A stretch of DNA of 64,000 bases from Candidatus Xenobia bacterium (GTDB taxonomy: Bacteria > Vulcanimicrobiota > Xenobia > Xenobiales > QWHO01). Of this stretch, positions 1-8,738 are shown one piece after another. The stretch's first letter is position 1. Each line of letters opens with the position of its first letter. Under the pieces are notes generated by a model, which had not been told where the DNA came from, did not search any database, and worked only from the letters and a program-made list of their open reading frames with translations. Position numbers and translations under genes: made by a program. The DNA is taken from assembly GCA_045863235.1 (NCBI GenBank), contig BTUM01000024.1, forward strand, positions 1 through 64,000, given 5' to 3'.

Positions 1-1097
1 AGCTGATCATCAGTCCCCAGGCGCCCCTGTCTCAGGGCCAGAGTTTTGAGGTCGATGTCGCCTACGCCGGGCGCCCGGAGCCCTATCACTCGCCGTATGC
101 CCCCATCCCCTTGGGATGGAACCACCGCAACGATTCGACCTACGTCCTGAGCGAGCCGGATGGCGCCTCGGCCTGGTTTCCGGTCAACGACCATCCTCAG
201 GACAAAGCCACCTACAGTTTCGAGGTGACCGTACCCAAGCCGTATGTCGCCGCCGCCAATGGACGACTGGTGGAGACGCGTCCGGGTTATGATGACCTGA
301 AGGGCGTGGAAACGAGCACCTACAAATTCGAGGCCCGCGAACCCATGGCCAGCTACCTGGCCACGGTCACAGTGGGCGAGCTGACCTCTCAGGAGGACTT
401 CAGCCGCAGCGGCGTGCCCATCCGTCACTATTTCCCGGTCGACCTGGCACGCGAAGCCAGTCACGATTTTGGACGCACCGGCGAGATGCTGGATTTCTTC
501 AGCGAGAAGTTCGGCCCCTATCCCTTCGAGACTTATGGCGGAGCGGTCATCGACGCGTCAGTCGGAGGGGCAGCGCTGGAGACCCAGACCATGCCCATTT
601 TCGAGCGCGGCATGGTGACGGGCGACCGACGCATGGAGACGGTGCTGGTGCATGAGCTGGCTCACCAGTGGTTCGGCAACTCGGTCAGCGTCAAGAACTG
701 GAAGGATATCTGGCTCAACGAGGGCTTCGCCACTTACGCTCAGTGGCTCTGGTTGGAGAAGAACCAGGGATCGGACGCTCTCGAGCGCCAGGTGCAGCGC
801 GTGCACCGAAGCCTGGGCTGGAATCAGGATGGCCCTCCCATCGCCGATCCTGGCCCTCACGAGTTGTTCAGCGGAAACGTCTACATGCGTGGAGGAGTGA
901 CCATGCACGCCTTGCGCAAGACGATTGGAGACGAGACCTTTTTCAGCACGCTGCGCACCTATACCGAGCGCTTCCGAGACAAGAATGCCTCGACCGAGGA
1001 CTTCATTGCGGTCGCCAGCGAGGTGAGCGGCCAGGACCTGAACCCGTTCTTCGACCGCTGGGTGCGCCAGTCGGCTCTGCCCCCGCTGCCCGCCTAG
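1..1097 (+). CDS. M1 family zinc aminopeptidase (5'-partial)
   Basis: GAALETQ (GAMEN-like), HELAHQWFG...NEGFA (HExxH-18x-E) and YMRG Tyr motif. The frame is open from position 3, so the start lies upstream of the window. Confidence 0.93.
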   Translation, partial: LIISPQAPLSQGQSFEVDVAYAGRPEPYHSPYAPIPLGWNHRNDSTYVLSEPDGASAWFPVNDHPQDKATYSFEVTVPKPYVAAANGRLVETRPGYDDLKGVETSTYKFEAREPMASYLATVTVGELTSQEDFSRSGVPIRHYFPVDLAREASHDFGRTGEMLDFFSEKFGPYPFETYGGAVIDASVGGAALETQTMPIFERGMVTGDRRMETVLVHELAHQWFGNSVSVKNWKDIWLNEGFATYAQWLWLEKNQGSDALERQVQRVHRSLGWNQDGPPIADPGPHELFSGNVYMRGGVTMHALRKTIGDETFFSTLRTYTERFRDKNASTEDFIAVASEVSGQDLNPFFDRWVRQSALPPLPA

Positions 1098-1107
1098 GCT
1101 AGGAGCG

Positions 1108-1142
1108 CAGCCGGAAACCCCCTTGACACGTTTTTCCGGCTG
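1108..1142. terminator. Inverted repeat between convergent genes, probable terminator
   Basis: cagccggaaa (1108-1117) and tttccggctg (1133-1142), between the stops at 1097 (+) and 1145 (-). Confidence 0.5.
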
Positions 1143-1144
1143 GG

Positions 1145-1546
1145 CTAGGCGACCTGCCATTCATACCAGGCGTCGTTCTCTCGATAGCAGACCTCGCCCG
1201 TGCGTCGATTGATGCGCACCTGCTGGTACCAGCAGACGAAGGAGCCCGAGGTCTCGGGACGGCGATAGTAAGTGTAGGTCTCCAGCCAGCCGTCCCTCGT
1301 CAGCGCCTGGATTTCGCGGCCCTGGTCGGAGTGGTAGTGGTACAGTCCACGGACTTTCAGGCGGGCAAGCGAGCCTTCGGCCTGAAGCTCGAGTCGCGTG
1401 GGCGAGTAATGCAACTCGGCGTGGGGGGCCTTGATCACGCCGGAGACATCCTGCTCGGGGCCATCTTGAGAGAGCAACTCAGCGACGCCACCAAGCACCC
1501 GGCGGCAGACCCGGGCAGCTCTCTTCTTGATGTCCGTCGTGGCCAT
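1145..1546 (-). CDS. Hypothetical protein (~133 aa)
   Basis: ORF fills the gap, with a probable start at ATG 1546 (MATTDIKK). No recognisable motif. Confidence 0.55.
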   Translation of the reverse strand: MATTDIKKRAARVCRRVLGGVAELLSQDGPEQDVSGVIKAPHAELHYSPTRLELQAEGSLARLKVRGLYHYHSDQGREIQALTRDGWLETYTYYRRPETSGSFVCWYQQVRINRRTGEVCYRENDAWYEWQVA

Positions 1547-1637
1547 GACGGCCGAAGGATAGCCTCGGGCTCTGAAAAGTTCCTGAAAGGTGCTTCTGGC
1601 AAGAATCTGAAGTCGCTTTCGCGAACGGCCTCTGCCC

Positions 1638-2543
1638 ATGCAGCGCTGGCCTCTCATCGTCAATCCGAGCTCGGGCGGAGGGAAGGGCCAGGCTGTTCAG
1701 AGCCTGCTCGAGTCCTTCTGCCAGGAGAACGGGGGAGAGCTTCTCTATACCGAGCAGGCGGGGCAGGCCACGGTGCTGGCTCGCCAGGCGGTGGAGTCCG
1801 GGGTTGACCGGGTGCTGGTCGGCGGGGGTGATGACACGGTGCGGGAGGTGCTGGCCGGGCTCTTGCATCGCGAGCATCCTCCCGAAATTGGGATTCTGCC
1901 CCTCGGGACCTTTAACAACTTTGCCCGCACGCTGGGATTGCCGATCGACCCGGCCGCCGCTCTCGAGGTCGCCTTCGGGGGCCATCCGGTGCCCGTCGAT
2001 CTCGGTCAGGTGAACCGGGAGCGGATTTTTACCGAGAGCGTGGGGGTTGGTTTTCAGGCTGAGGCCTGGCAGCACAAGCCCGAGGTCGAGCCGGTTGGCT
2101 TGCGGCGACTGTTGCAGGGGGCGAGCATCGCGCTCGAGACCCTGGGAGGGTTCGAGCCCAAGCTGTTCCACCTGACCATCGATGAGGCCGAGGAAATGGT
2201 GAGGGCCATGGACATCACGGTGGCCAACACCCCTGAGTTCGCCTCGGCCATGACGGCTGCCCCCTATGCCAGCGTGTCGGACGGCAAGCTCGACGTCTGC
2301 GTGATTCGCGAGCTGAGCATGCTGGAGTTTCTGGCCTCCGTTCCCCTGATCTTCACAGGGCTGCACCCCTACCTGATGACCTCCGTGGAGTACCATCAGG
2401 GCTGTCTGATCGAGATCAGCGGCGGTGGTGAGCGGCCGGCGCCGGTGCGGGTTGATAGCAGCATTGACCTGCGTTTGCCGGTGACGATCGAGGTTCTGCC
2501 CGGGCGTATCACGGTGAGAGTGCCTCAGACCCAATGGCCATGA
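1638..2543 (+). CDS. Diacylglycerol/lipid kinase family protein (YegS/DagK-like)
   Basis: IVNPSSGGG, VGGGDDTVREV, LPLGTFNNFARTLG, VDLG and DGKLDV motifs. Confidence 0.9.
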   Translation: MQRWPLIVNPSSGGGKGQAVQSLLESFCQENGGELLYTEQAGQATVLARQAVESGVDRVLVGGGDDTVREVLAGLLHREHPPEIGILPLGTFNNFARTLGLPIDPAAALEVAFGGHPVPVDLGQVNRERIFTESVGVGFQAEAWQHKPEVEPVGLRRLLQGASIALETLGGFEPKLFHLTIDEAEEMVRAMDITVANTPEFASAMTAAPYASVSDGKLDVCVIRELSMLEFLASVPLIFTGLHPYLMTSVEYHQGCLIEISGGGERPAPVRVDSSIDLRLPVTIEVLPGRITVRVPQTQWP

Positions 2544-4105
2544 AAGGCCATCTGTTCATTCTCCGAGGGGACCTCAAGCGGCTGCATTGCGACGCCTGGC
2601 TCGTCCCCTGCGGGCGCAGCCTCAAAGTCGAGGATTATTGGATGGACGGACTGCCTGATCTGGCTCGCAACGCCCGCGGGCAGTTGCAGGTGAGCACTCT
2701 TCCGGATGGATGGCAGGAGGGCGAGTTGCGGACCTTCCCGCTGGATGAGCCGCCACTCGAGGGAAGAGGTTGGCCCTGGCTTACCAACGTGGGTTATCGG
2801 GCCGAGCTACAGATGCATTCTCAGCCTGGCAAGATGACAGCCTGGTTTACCGAGGGCTTGCTGGCCTTCGTCCGAGAGTGGACCCGCCACCCCACCCCTC
2901 GCATGACGAAGCGTCGCCTGCCGCTGCTGGCGGTGCCGCTGGTCGGTGCCGGCCGGGGAGGCGGCCAGAGGATGGAGGGCGAGCTGGTCAAAAGTCACGT
3001 GCGGGCGCTGCTCAAGGCGGTCGAGGAGCACCAGCTCGACATCGTACTGGTCACCTACAGCGAGCAAGCCTTTACGGCCGCTCAGGAGGCCCGCAAGGTG
3101 CTCAGGTCGGGAAGCTGGCCGCTTGCGTCCGGGCTTTTGTCGCTGGGTCGCCTTCTGGCTGATAAGGCCCGCCACCAGGACCTGGTGCTCTTTCTGGGAG
3201 CGGGTGTCAGCCGCGGGGTGGGTCTGCCTGACTGGCGACAGCTTCTGACCGAGCTGATGGAAACGGCCGGAATGACGGCCGAAGAGAGCCGCGCCGCAAA
3301 CCAGCTCGGCTTGCTCGACCAGGCGCGCATCGTGCAACGTCGGCTGCAGCGAGCGGGTATCGATCTGACCCGCTCGCTGGTGGAGCGCTTCCACGTGTCC
3401 CAGTACGGGCTGGTGCACGCCCTTCTGGCCGGGTTGAGCGTGCGGGAATCGGTGACCACGAACTATGATCCACTCTTTGAGGTGGCCAGCCGGGCCTGCG
3501 GCCACAAACTGGCCGTTCTGCCTTATGCTCCCACCTCGGGCTGCACCCGCTGGCTCCTCAAGCTGCACGGGTGTGTCGAGCATCCCGAAGACATCGTGCT
3601 CACCCGAGAGGACTATCTGCGTTACTCGAACAATCGAGCTGCCCTGGCCGGCATCGTGCAAACACTGTTGTTGACCAAGCACATGCTGTTTGTGGGCTTC
3701 TCGCTCAATGACGACAACTTCTTGCGCATCGTGGACGATGTGCGGCGGGCGTTGCGCCGCGAGGAAGAGCAACCCTTTGGCACCGCGTTGCTGTTGACGT
3801 GCGATCCCATGCTGCGCGAGCTCTGGGAAGGCGAGCTCGACCTGGTCAGCTTGAGTGAGGACCTGGAGTCTGAGGAATGCGCTCCGCGTCGGCTGGAGAT
3901 CTTCCTTGATTTCCTTTTGGCCGAGTCGATCTGCCACACCAGCTACTTGTTGCGACCACATTTCGAGGGGGCCCTGAGCAAGTCCGAGCGAGCTCTGCGT
4001 CAGGCTTTGCTGAAATGGCTCGAGGACCTGCCGCCGCTGGCCCGTCAGGCACCGGCCTTTGCTCAGCTCGAGCAAGCTCTCGAGCGCCTGGGCTACCTGC
4101 CCTGA
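2540..4105 (+). CDS. SIR2-family (SIR2_2) protein with N-terminal macrodomain-like region
   Basis: C-terminal FLGAGVS, LPDW, TTNYD, KLHG and LFVGFSLND. N-terminal ILRGDLKRLHCDAWLVP and LAVPLVGAGRGG resemble macrodomain motifs. ATGA overlap with the upstream kinase. Confidence 0.85.
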   Translation: MKGHLFILRGDLKRLHCDAWLVPCGRSLKVEDYWMDGLPDLARNARGQLQVSTLPDGWQEGELRTFPLDEPPLEGRGWPWLTNVGYRAELQMHSQPGKMTAWFTEGLLAFVREWTRHPTPRMTKRRLPLLAVPLVGAGRGGGQRMEGELVKSHVRALLKAVEEHQLDIVLVTYSEQAFTAAQEARKVLRSGSWPLASGLLSLGRLLADKARHQDLVLFLGAGVSRGVGLPDWRQLLTELMETAGMTAEESRAANQLGLLDQARIVQRRLQRAGIDLTRSLVERFHVSQYGLVHALLAGLSVRESVTTNYDPLFEVASRACGHKLAVLPYAPTSGCTRWLLKLHGCVEHPEDIVLTREDYLRYSNNRAALAGIVQTLLLTKHMLFVGFSLNDDNFLRIVDDVRRALRREEEQPFGTALLLTCDPMLRELWEGELDLVSLSEDLESEECAPRRLEIFLDFLLAESICHTSYLLRPHFEGALSKSERALRQALLKWLEDLPPLARQAPAFAQLEQALERLGYLP

Positions 4106-4139
4106 GGTGTCGCGAGTCGAATGGTGCGGTGCCGTTCGC

Positions 4140-4823
4140 TCAACGCGCGTGCATGGAGAGATAGCGCTCCAGCCAGTCCAGAGTGCGTCGCCAGCCGTCG
4201 TGCCAGTCCTCAGGGCGCATGAAATGATCCGACTCGGCATACTCCACATACTCCTTGCCGATGCGCGCCACAAACTCGCGCGCCGGCCCGGGCGGCACGT
4301 TCACGTCGCGGCCGGCGTTCCAGGCCAGCAAGGCGACCTGCTCAAAGGCCTCAGGGCGAAGGTGAGGGCTATCGTGGCTGCTCTCCCATACCGGCGAGCC
4401 CAGAATGGGGACCACTGTGGCCAACCCAGGACATACCAGCGGCGCGGCAAAGGCGATGTAGCCCCCCATCGAGATGCCTGTGACGGCCACCGGACCGGTT
4501 TGCTCCATGCTGGCCAGACGGGCCACCAGATGCGGAATCTCGGCTACGGTCGGACGTACCAGCTTGAGAAAGTTGCCGTGGAAATCTCCTCCCTCGGCCA
4601 TGAAGGCGGATAGGTCGGGCAGGGCGCGCTCGCCGTGACCGTGGGCGTCCACGCCGATGGCCAGGAAGCCACGCTCGGCGAGTTGCTCGAGCTCTTTGAG
4701 GTGGGTTTCCTTGCTGGCCTTCAGGCCGTGGTAAAGCAGGACGGTGCCCGGATAGGGCCCTCCGGGCCTCTTCGCCATGGCGATGAGTGGGATGTGGTCT
4801 ATCCAGAAGCGACGAGTGTACAC
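4140..4823 (-). CDS. Alpha/beta hydrolase (esterase, YjfP/YitV-like)
   Basis: YHG oxyanion motif, DAHGHGER, nucleophile GISMGG, D (GRDVNVP) and terminal H. Confidence 0.88.
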   Translation of the reverse strand: MYTRRFWIDHIPLIAMAKRPGGPYPGTVLLYHGLKASKETHLKELEQLAERGFLAIGVDAHGHGERALPDLSAFMAEGGDFHGNFLKLVRPTVAEIPHLVARLASMEQTGPVAVTGISMGGYIAFAAPLVCPGLATVVPILGSPVWESSHDSPHLRPEAFEQVALLAWNAGRDVNVPPGPAREFVARIGKEYVEYAESDHFMRPEDWHDGWRRTLDWLERYLSMHAR

Positions 4824-4877
4824 GATGTAACAGCCTATTCACGCAACAGGGTGGGGGCATCCTGTATAGGATCAACG

Positions 4878-5609
4878 ATGACTCCACAGTGCCCGGTCAG
4901 AGTGCCGTCTCCGCCTGGCAACGACTCGAATGCGGCGTCCTTCGGGGACGCTGGTCGCCGTTTCGTCGCCAGGTGGTTGCTGCTGACTTTCTTGCTCGTC
5001 GGCCTGCTGGGAGGCTCGCGTGCCGCCGTGGGCAGGCCCTTCGGAGAGGGTGAGAACTTCCCCGGGCCGCCCCAACCTCGCGAGAATGAGCGTCCCAGCT
5101 TGAAGCAATCCTTGCTCGAGAGGCTGCAACGTGACCAGGGCGTGCGACGCAAGTTCCTCGAGAACGACCAGGACGTTGCCCTTCGCGAGGAGATGGACCG
5201 CGTAGACCGCGAGAACACGGAGTGGATGAAGGGCCTGGTGCAGGAGAACGGCTGGCCGAAGGTTTCCGAGGTGGGAGCTGATGGGGCCCAGGCTGCCTTC
5301 CTGCTGGTCCAGCACTCTCCCGATGCCGCCTTTCAGCGCCGCTGCCTCGACCTGATGACCCCGTTGGTCAAGGAGGGCGAGGTCAGTGCTGTCAACTGGG
5401 CCTACCTGCTCGATCGCGTCCTTCTGGCCGAAGGGAAGAAGCAGGTCTTTGGGACCCAGTTCCTGGTCGGTCCGGATGGAAAGCCCGAGCTCCGGCCCCT
5501 GGAGGAACCCGAGACCGTGGACGCCCGTCGGGCCGAGCTGGGGTTGCCTCCCCTGGAGGAGTATCGCAAGCTGGTCGAGGATATGCACCGCCGGCGCAAG
5601 GCCCCCTGA
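4878..5609 (+). CDS. DUF6624-like exported protein
   Basis: Hydrophobic signal segment, then DQGVR, NGWP, AFLLVQHS, AYLLDRV..GKKQVFGTQ and VDARRAELGLPPLEEY. Start codon uncertain. Confidence 0.75.
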   Translation: MTPQCPVRVPSPPGNDSNAASFGDAGRRFVARWLLLTFLLVGLLGGSRAAVGRPFGEGENFPGPPQPRENERPSLKQSLLERLQRDQGVRRKFLENDQDVALREEMDRVDRENTEWMKGLVQENGWPKVSEVGADGAQAAFLLVQHSPDAAFQRRCLDLMTPLVKEGEVSAVNWAYLLDRVLLAEGKKQVFGTQFLVGPDGKPELRPLEEPETVDARRAELGLPPLEEYRKLVEDMHRRRKAP

Positions 5610-5613
5610 CCCC

Positions 5614-5642
5614 TTGCTTCCCGCCCGGGGGAGGAGTATAAT
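5614..5642 (+). promoter_or_regulatory. Sigma70-type promoter upstream of the SPFH gene
   Basis: TTGCTT (5614-5619), 17-bp spacer, TATAAT (5637-5642). Confidence 0.7.
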
Positions 5643-5830
5643 TCAAACCGAGATGGCCGCCACATATCGAGGTTGATGCCCCTCCCCCTCACCTTCCCAC
5701 TCCACCCACGACGCGCGACCCCGTCGGAGTGAGGCTCCGGGCCCCGGTTCCCTGATTCGCTCCTGCAGCACACGCTCGGCTCCTGCATGGGCGCACGCTT
5801 TCCGAGCCATTGCCAGAAAGGAGTCTGGTC

Positions 5831-7876
5831 ATGGTGGAGTTTTTGATTTCCCATCCTTCGGTTCTCTATGTCCTGGCCGGTGGAGCGGTCGGTTTGTGGC
5901 TGATTTTCACCTACATCATCCGCTTCATCCCCAACAACCGGGTCGGTCTGGTCGAGAGGATCTGGTCCACGGGCAGTGTCCGCGCGGGCTTGATCGCTCT
6001 CAACGGTGAGGCGGGTTTTCAGCCCGACCTGCTGCGCGGCGGCGTGCACTTCCTTGTGCCCACCCGCGATCGGGTGCACATTACCTCGCTGGTGACCATC
6101 CCTTCTGGCAAGATCGGATACATCTTCGCACGCGACGGCCAACCGCTCGAGCCCATTCAGACCCTGGGCAAGCTGGTGAGCTGTCAGCAGTTTGAGGACG
6201 TGCGGGCCTTCCTGTCCAACGGTGGCCAGCGCGGACCCCAGCGAGGCATCTTGCGTGAGGGAACCTACGCCATCAACCTGGCCCAGTTCGTGGTCATCAC
6301 CGAAGACACGCTCTACTACCACTCCCTGCGCCGCGAAGAGGAGGAGATCTTCCAGCGCATGGCCGCCCAGATCGCCGATCGGAACGGCTTCAAGCCGGTG
6401 CTCATCACCGACGACGCCGTAGGCGTCGTGACGGTGCACGATGGTCCTTCCCTGGAGCAGGGGGAGATCATCGCGCCCGACGTGGGGAGCAGCCACAACA
6501 GCTTTCAGAGCCCGGACCTGTTTCTTCAGGCGGGCGGCAAGCGGGGGCGGCAGCTGCCTGTGCTGACCGAAGGGACCTACTACATCAACCGGCTCTTCTG
6601 CACCGTCGAGCTGATCCCGAAGACGGTAGTGGAGGTCGGAACGGTGGGCGTGGTGGTCTCTTACACCGGCGACAAGGGTGCTGATCGAAGCGGCGACAGC
6701 TACCGGCACGGCGAGCTGGTCACCGAAGGCCAGCGCGGCGTCTGGGAGAACGTTCTCAAGCCGGGCAAGTACGCCATCAACGGCTACGCCATGAAAGTGA
6801 TCTCCATTCCGACCACCAACTTCATCCTCAAGTGGGTGCGTCGCGAAGCCGGAGCGCACAAGTTCGACGAGAATCTGTCCGAGGTCTCGCTGATTACCAA
6901 GGACGCTTTCGAGCCCTCACTGCCGCTGAGCGTGGTGGTCCACATCGACTACCAGAAGGCCCCCCGGGTCATCCAGCGCTTCGGCGACATCAAGAGGCTG
7001 GTGGAGCAAACCCTGGACCCGATGGTCAGCGCCTACTTCAAGAACGTGGGTCAGACTCGCACTCTGATCCAGCTTCTGCAGCAGCGCGCCGACATCCAGC
7101 GGATCGCCTCGGGCGAGATGAAGGAGAAGTTCGCTCACTACGACCTGGAGCTCGAGGAAGTGCTCATCGGCACGCCCACCTCCTCGGAGGGTGACCAGCG
7201 CATCGAGGAGATCCTGACTCAGCTTCGGGCCCGCCAGATCGCCGAAGAGCAGATCGTCACCTATGACCAGCAGGAGAAAGCGGCCGTCAAGGAGCGCGCT
7301 CTGCGCGAGGCTCAGGCCCGGGCTGTGCAACAGCAGAAAATCACCGAGTCGGAGCTGGCCATCCAGGTGCAGACCAACGAGGGCAAAGGGCAGCACCAGC
7401 GTGCCCTGCAGCAGGCCGAGCAGATCAAGGCGCTGGCCGAGGCGGAAGCCTCCAAGGCGCGCTCCCTGGCTCAGGCTCAAGCCGACTCCAATCGCATGCT
7501 GGCCGAAGCCGAAGCCACTCGCATCCGTGCGGTGGGTGAGGCCGAGGCGGACAAGGCTGCTCGGGTGGGCGTGGCTCAGGCCATCGCCATCGAAGAGCAG
7601 GTGCGCGCCTACGGCGGTCCCAAGTTCCAGCTGACGCAACAGGTGATGAACCGGTTTGCCGAGGCGGTGGAGCACTCGGGGGTCGACCTGGTGCCGCGCA
7701 TCGTGATGGGTGCCTCCGCGGGTGGCAATAGCGCCATGGAAGCCTTGATGGCCTTGATTCTCAACGACCGCTTCAACGCCATCGAAGCCACCCACGGCGC
7801 GCACGCCAGGGATCCGAAGGCAGAGGCTCTGCGCAGCGAGCTGCTCGAGAATGTGGCCAACGGAAAGACCACCTAG
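5831..7876 (+). CDS. SPFH/flotillin-domain membrane scaffold protein
   Basis: N-terminal TM helix, repeated GGQRGPQ/GGKRGRQ units, SPFH core (ITKDAFEPSLPLSVVVHID) and C-terminal AEAEA flotillin repeats. RBS AAAGGAG before ATG 5831. Confidence 0.9.
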   Translation: MVEFLISHPSVLYVLAGGAVGLWLIFTYIIRFIPNNRVGLVERIWSTGSVRAGLIALNGEAGFQPDLLRGGVHFLVPTRDRVHITSLVTIPSGKIGYIFARDGQPLEPIQTLGKLVSCQQFEDVRAFLSNGGQRGPQRGILREGTYAINLAQFVVITEDTLYYHSLRREEEEIFQRMAAQIADRNGFKPVLITDDAVGVVTVHDGPSLEQGEIIAPDVGSSHNSFQSPDLFLQAGGKRGRQLPVLTEGTYYINRLFCTVELIPKTVVEVGTVGVVVSYTGDKGADRSGDSYRHGELVTEGQRGVWENVLKPGKYAINGYAMKVISIPTTNFILKWVRREAGAHKFDENLSEVSLITKDAFEPSLPLSVVVHIDYQKAPRVIQRFGDIKRLVEQTLDPMVSAYFKNVGQTRTLIQLLQQRADIQRIASGEMKEKFAHYDLELEEVLIGTPTSSEGDQRIEEILTQLRARQIAEEQIVTYDQQEKAAVKERALREAQARAVQQQKITESELAIQVQTNEGKGQHQRALQQAEQIKALAEAEASKARSLAQAQADSNRMLAEAEATRIRAVGEAEADKAARVGVAQAIAIEEQVRAYGGPKFQLTQQVMNRFAEAVEHSGVDLVPRIVMGASAGGNSAMEALMALILNDRFNAIEATHGAHARDPKAEALRSELLENVANGKTT

Positions 7877-8738
7877 CCATCCGGCCCACCCCGAAGGGGG
7901 TGGGCCTCTTTGTTTGACCGGCCACCGAGGAGCGGTCAGGGCGCTGGCGTTCGACTCTTCGGGTCGGCTCGTCAGCGGGGGCGAGGACAGCCAGGTGCTC
8001 TTCTGGGTGGAGGGACAGCTGGTCGAGAGCTGGCCCTTCCAGGCCTGCATCTCGGCCCTGGGCGTCGAGGACCACTGGCTCGGAATCGCCCTGCTCAACG
8101 GCCAGGTGGAGCTGCGTCGGGCCGGCGAGCTGGTCTGGTCTCTCCCGGCCGGCAGCCCGGTTCGCTCGCTGGCCTTGAGCTCGAGCTGGCTGGCCCTGGG
8201 GCTGGATGATGGGCGGGTACGGCTGGTGGCCCTGAGCGACCTGCGCGAGCAACCCGGCTTTCGGCTCGACGGTCATGTCACCGGCCTGACTTTCATGCGC
8301 GATGGAGCGCTGGCCGCCAGTTCGCCCCTGCACCAGGGTATCGAGCTGTGGCGCCTGAGCGAGCGGGAAGCATGCGGTCACCTCCGACTGGGCAGGCGCC
8401 GCTGCCTGGCGGCTCGGCCCGAGGGAGGTTTGCTGGCCGGCGGAGAGCACGACGTGCTGGCCTGGCCGGACGGACCGGTCCATCTTCCAGGGAGCCCGGC
8501 TCTGGCCATGAGCGTCGCTGGCGAATGGTTGGCGGTGGGCTGTGTCAACGCTGACCTGCGCCTGTTTCATCGCCCCACGGGGCGTTTGCTCCTGGGTGAG
8601 GGCCACCGGGGCGAGATCCTCTCCACTGCCATCCGGGACGGCCTGATTGCCTCGGGCTCGATGGATACCACCATTCGCCTCTGGACCCGGGCCGACTTCA
8701 GGGAGCCGGGGCCAGCTGAGGGGGCGAAGGCGACTTGA
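7851..8738 (+). CDS. WD40-repeat protein
   Basis: GHRGAVRALAF...LVSGGED..V.FW and GHRGEILS...ASGSMDTTIRLW repeats. Confidence 0.85.
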   Translation: MWPTERPPSHPAHPEGGGPLCLTGHRGAVRALAFDSSGRLVSGGEDSQVLFWVEGQLVESWPFQACISALGVEDHWLGIALLNGQVELRRAGELVWSLPAGSPVRSLALSSSWLALGLDDGRVRLVALSDLREQPGFRLDGHVTGLTFMRDGALAASSPLHQGIELWRLSEREACGHLRLGRRRCLAARPEGGLLAGGEHDVLAWPDGPVHLPGSPALAMSVAGEWLAVGCVNADLRLFHRPTGRLLLGEGHRGEILSTAIRDGLIASGSMDTTIRLWTRADFREPGPAEGAKAT

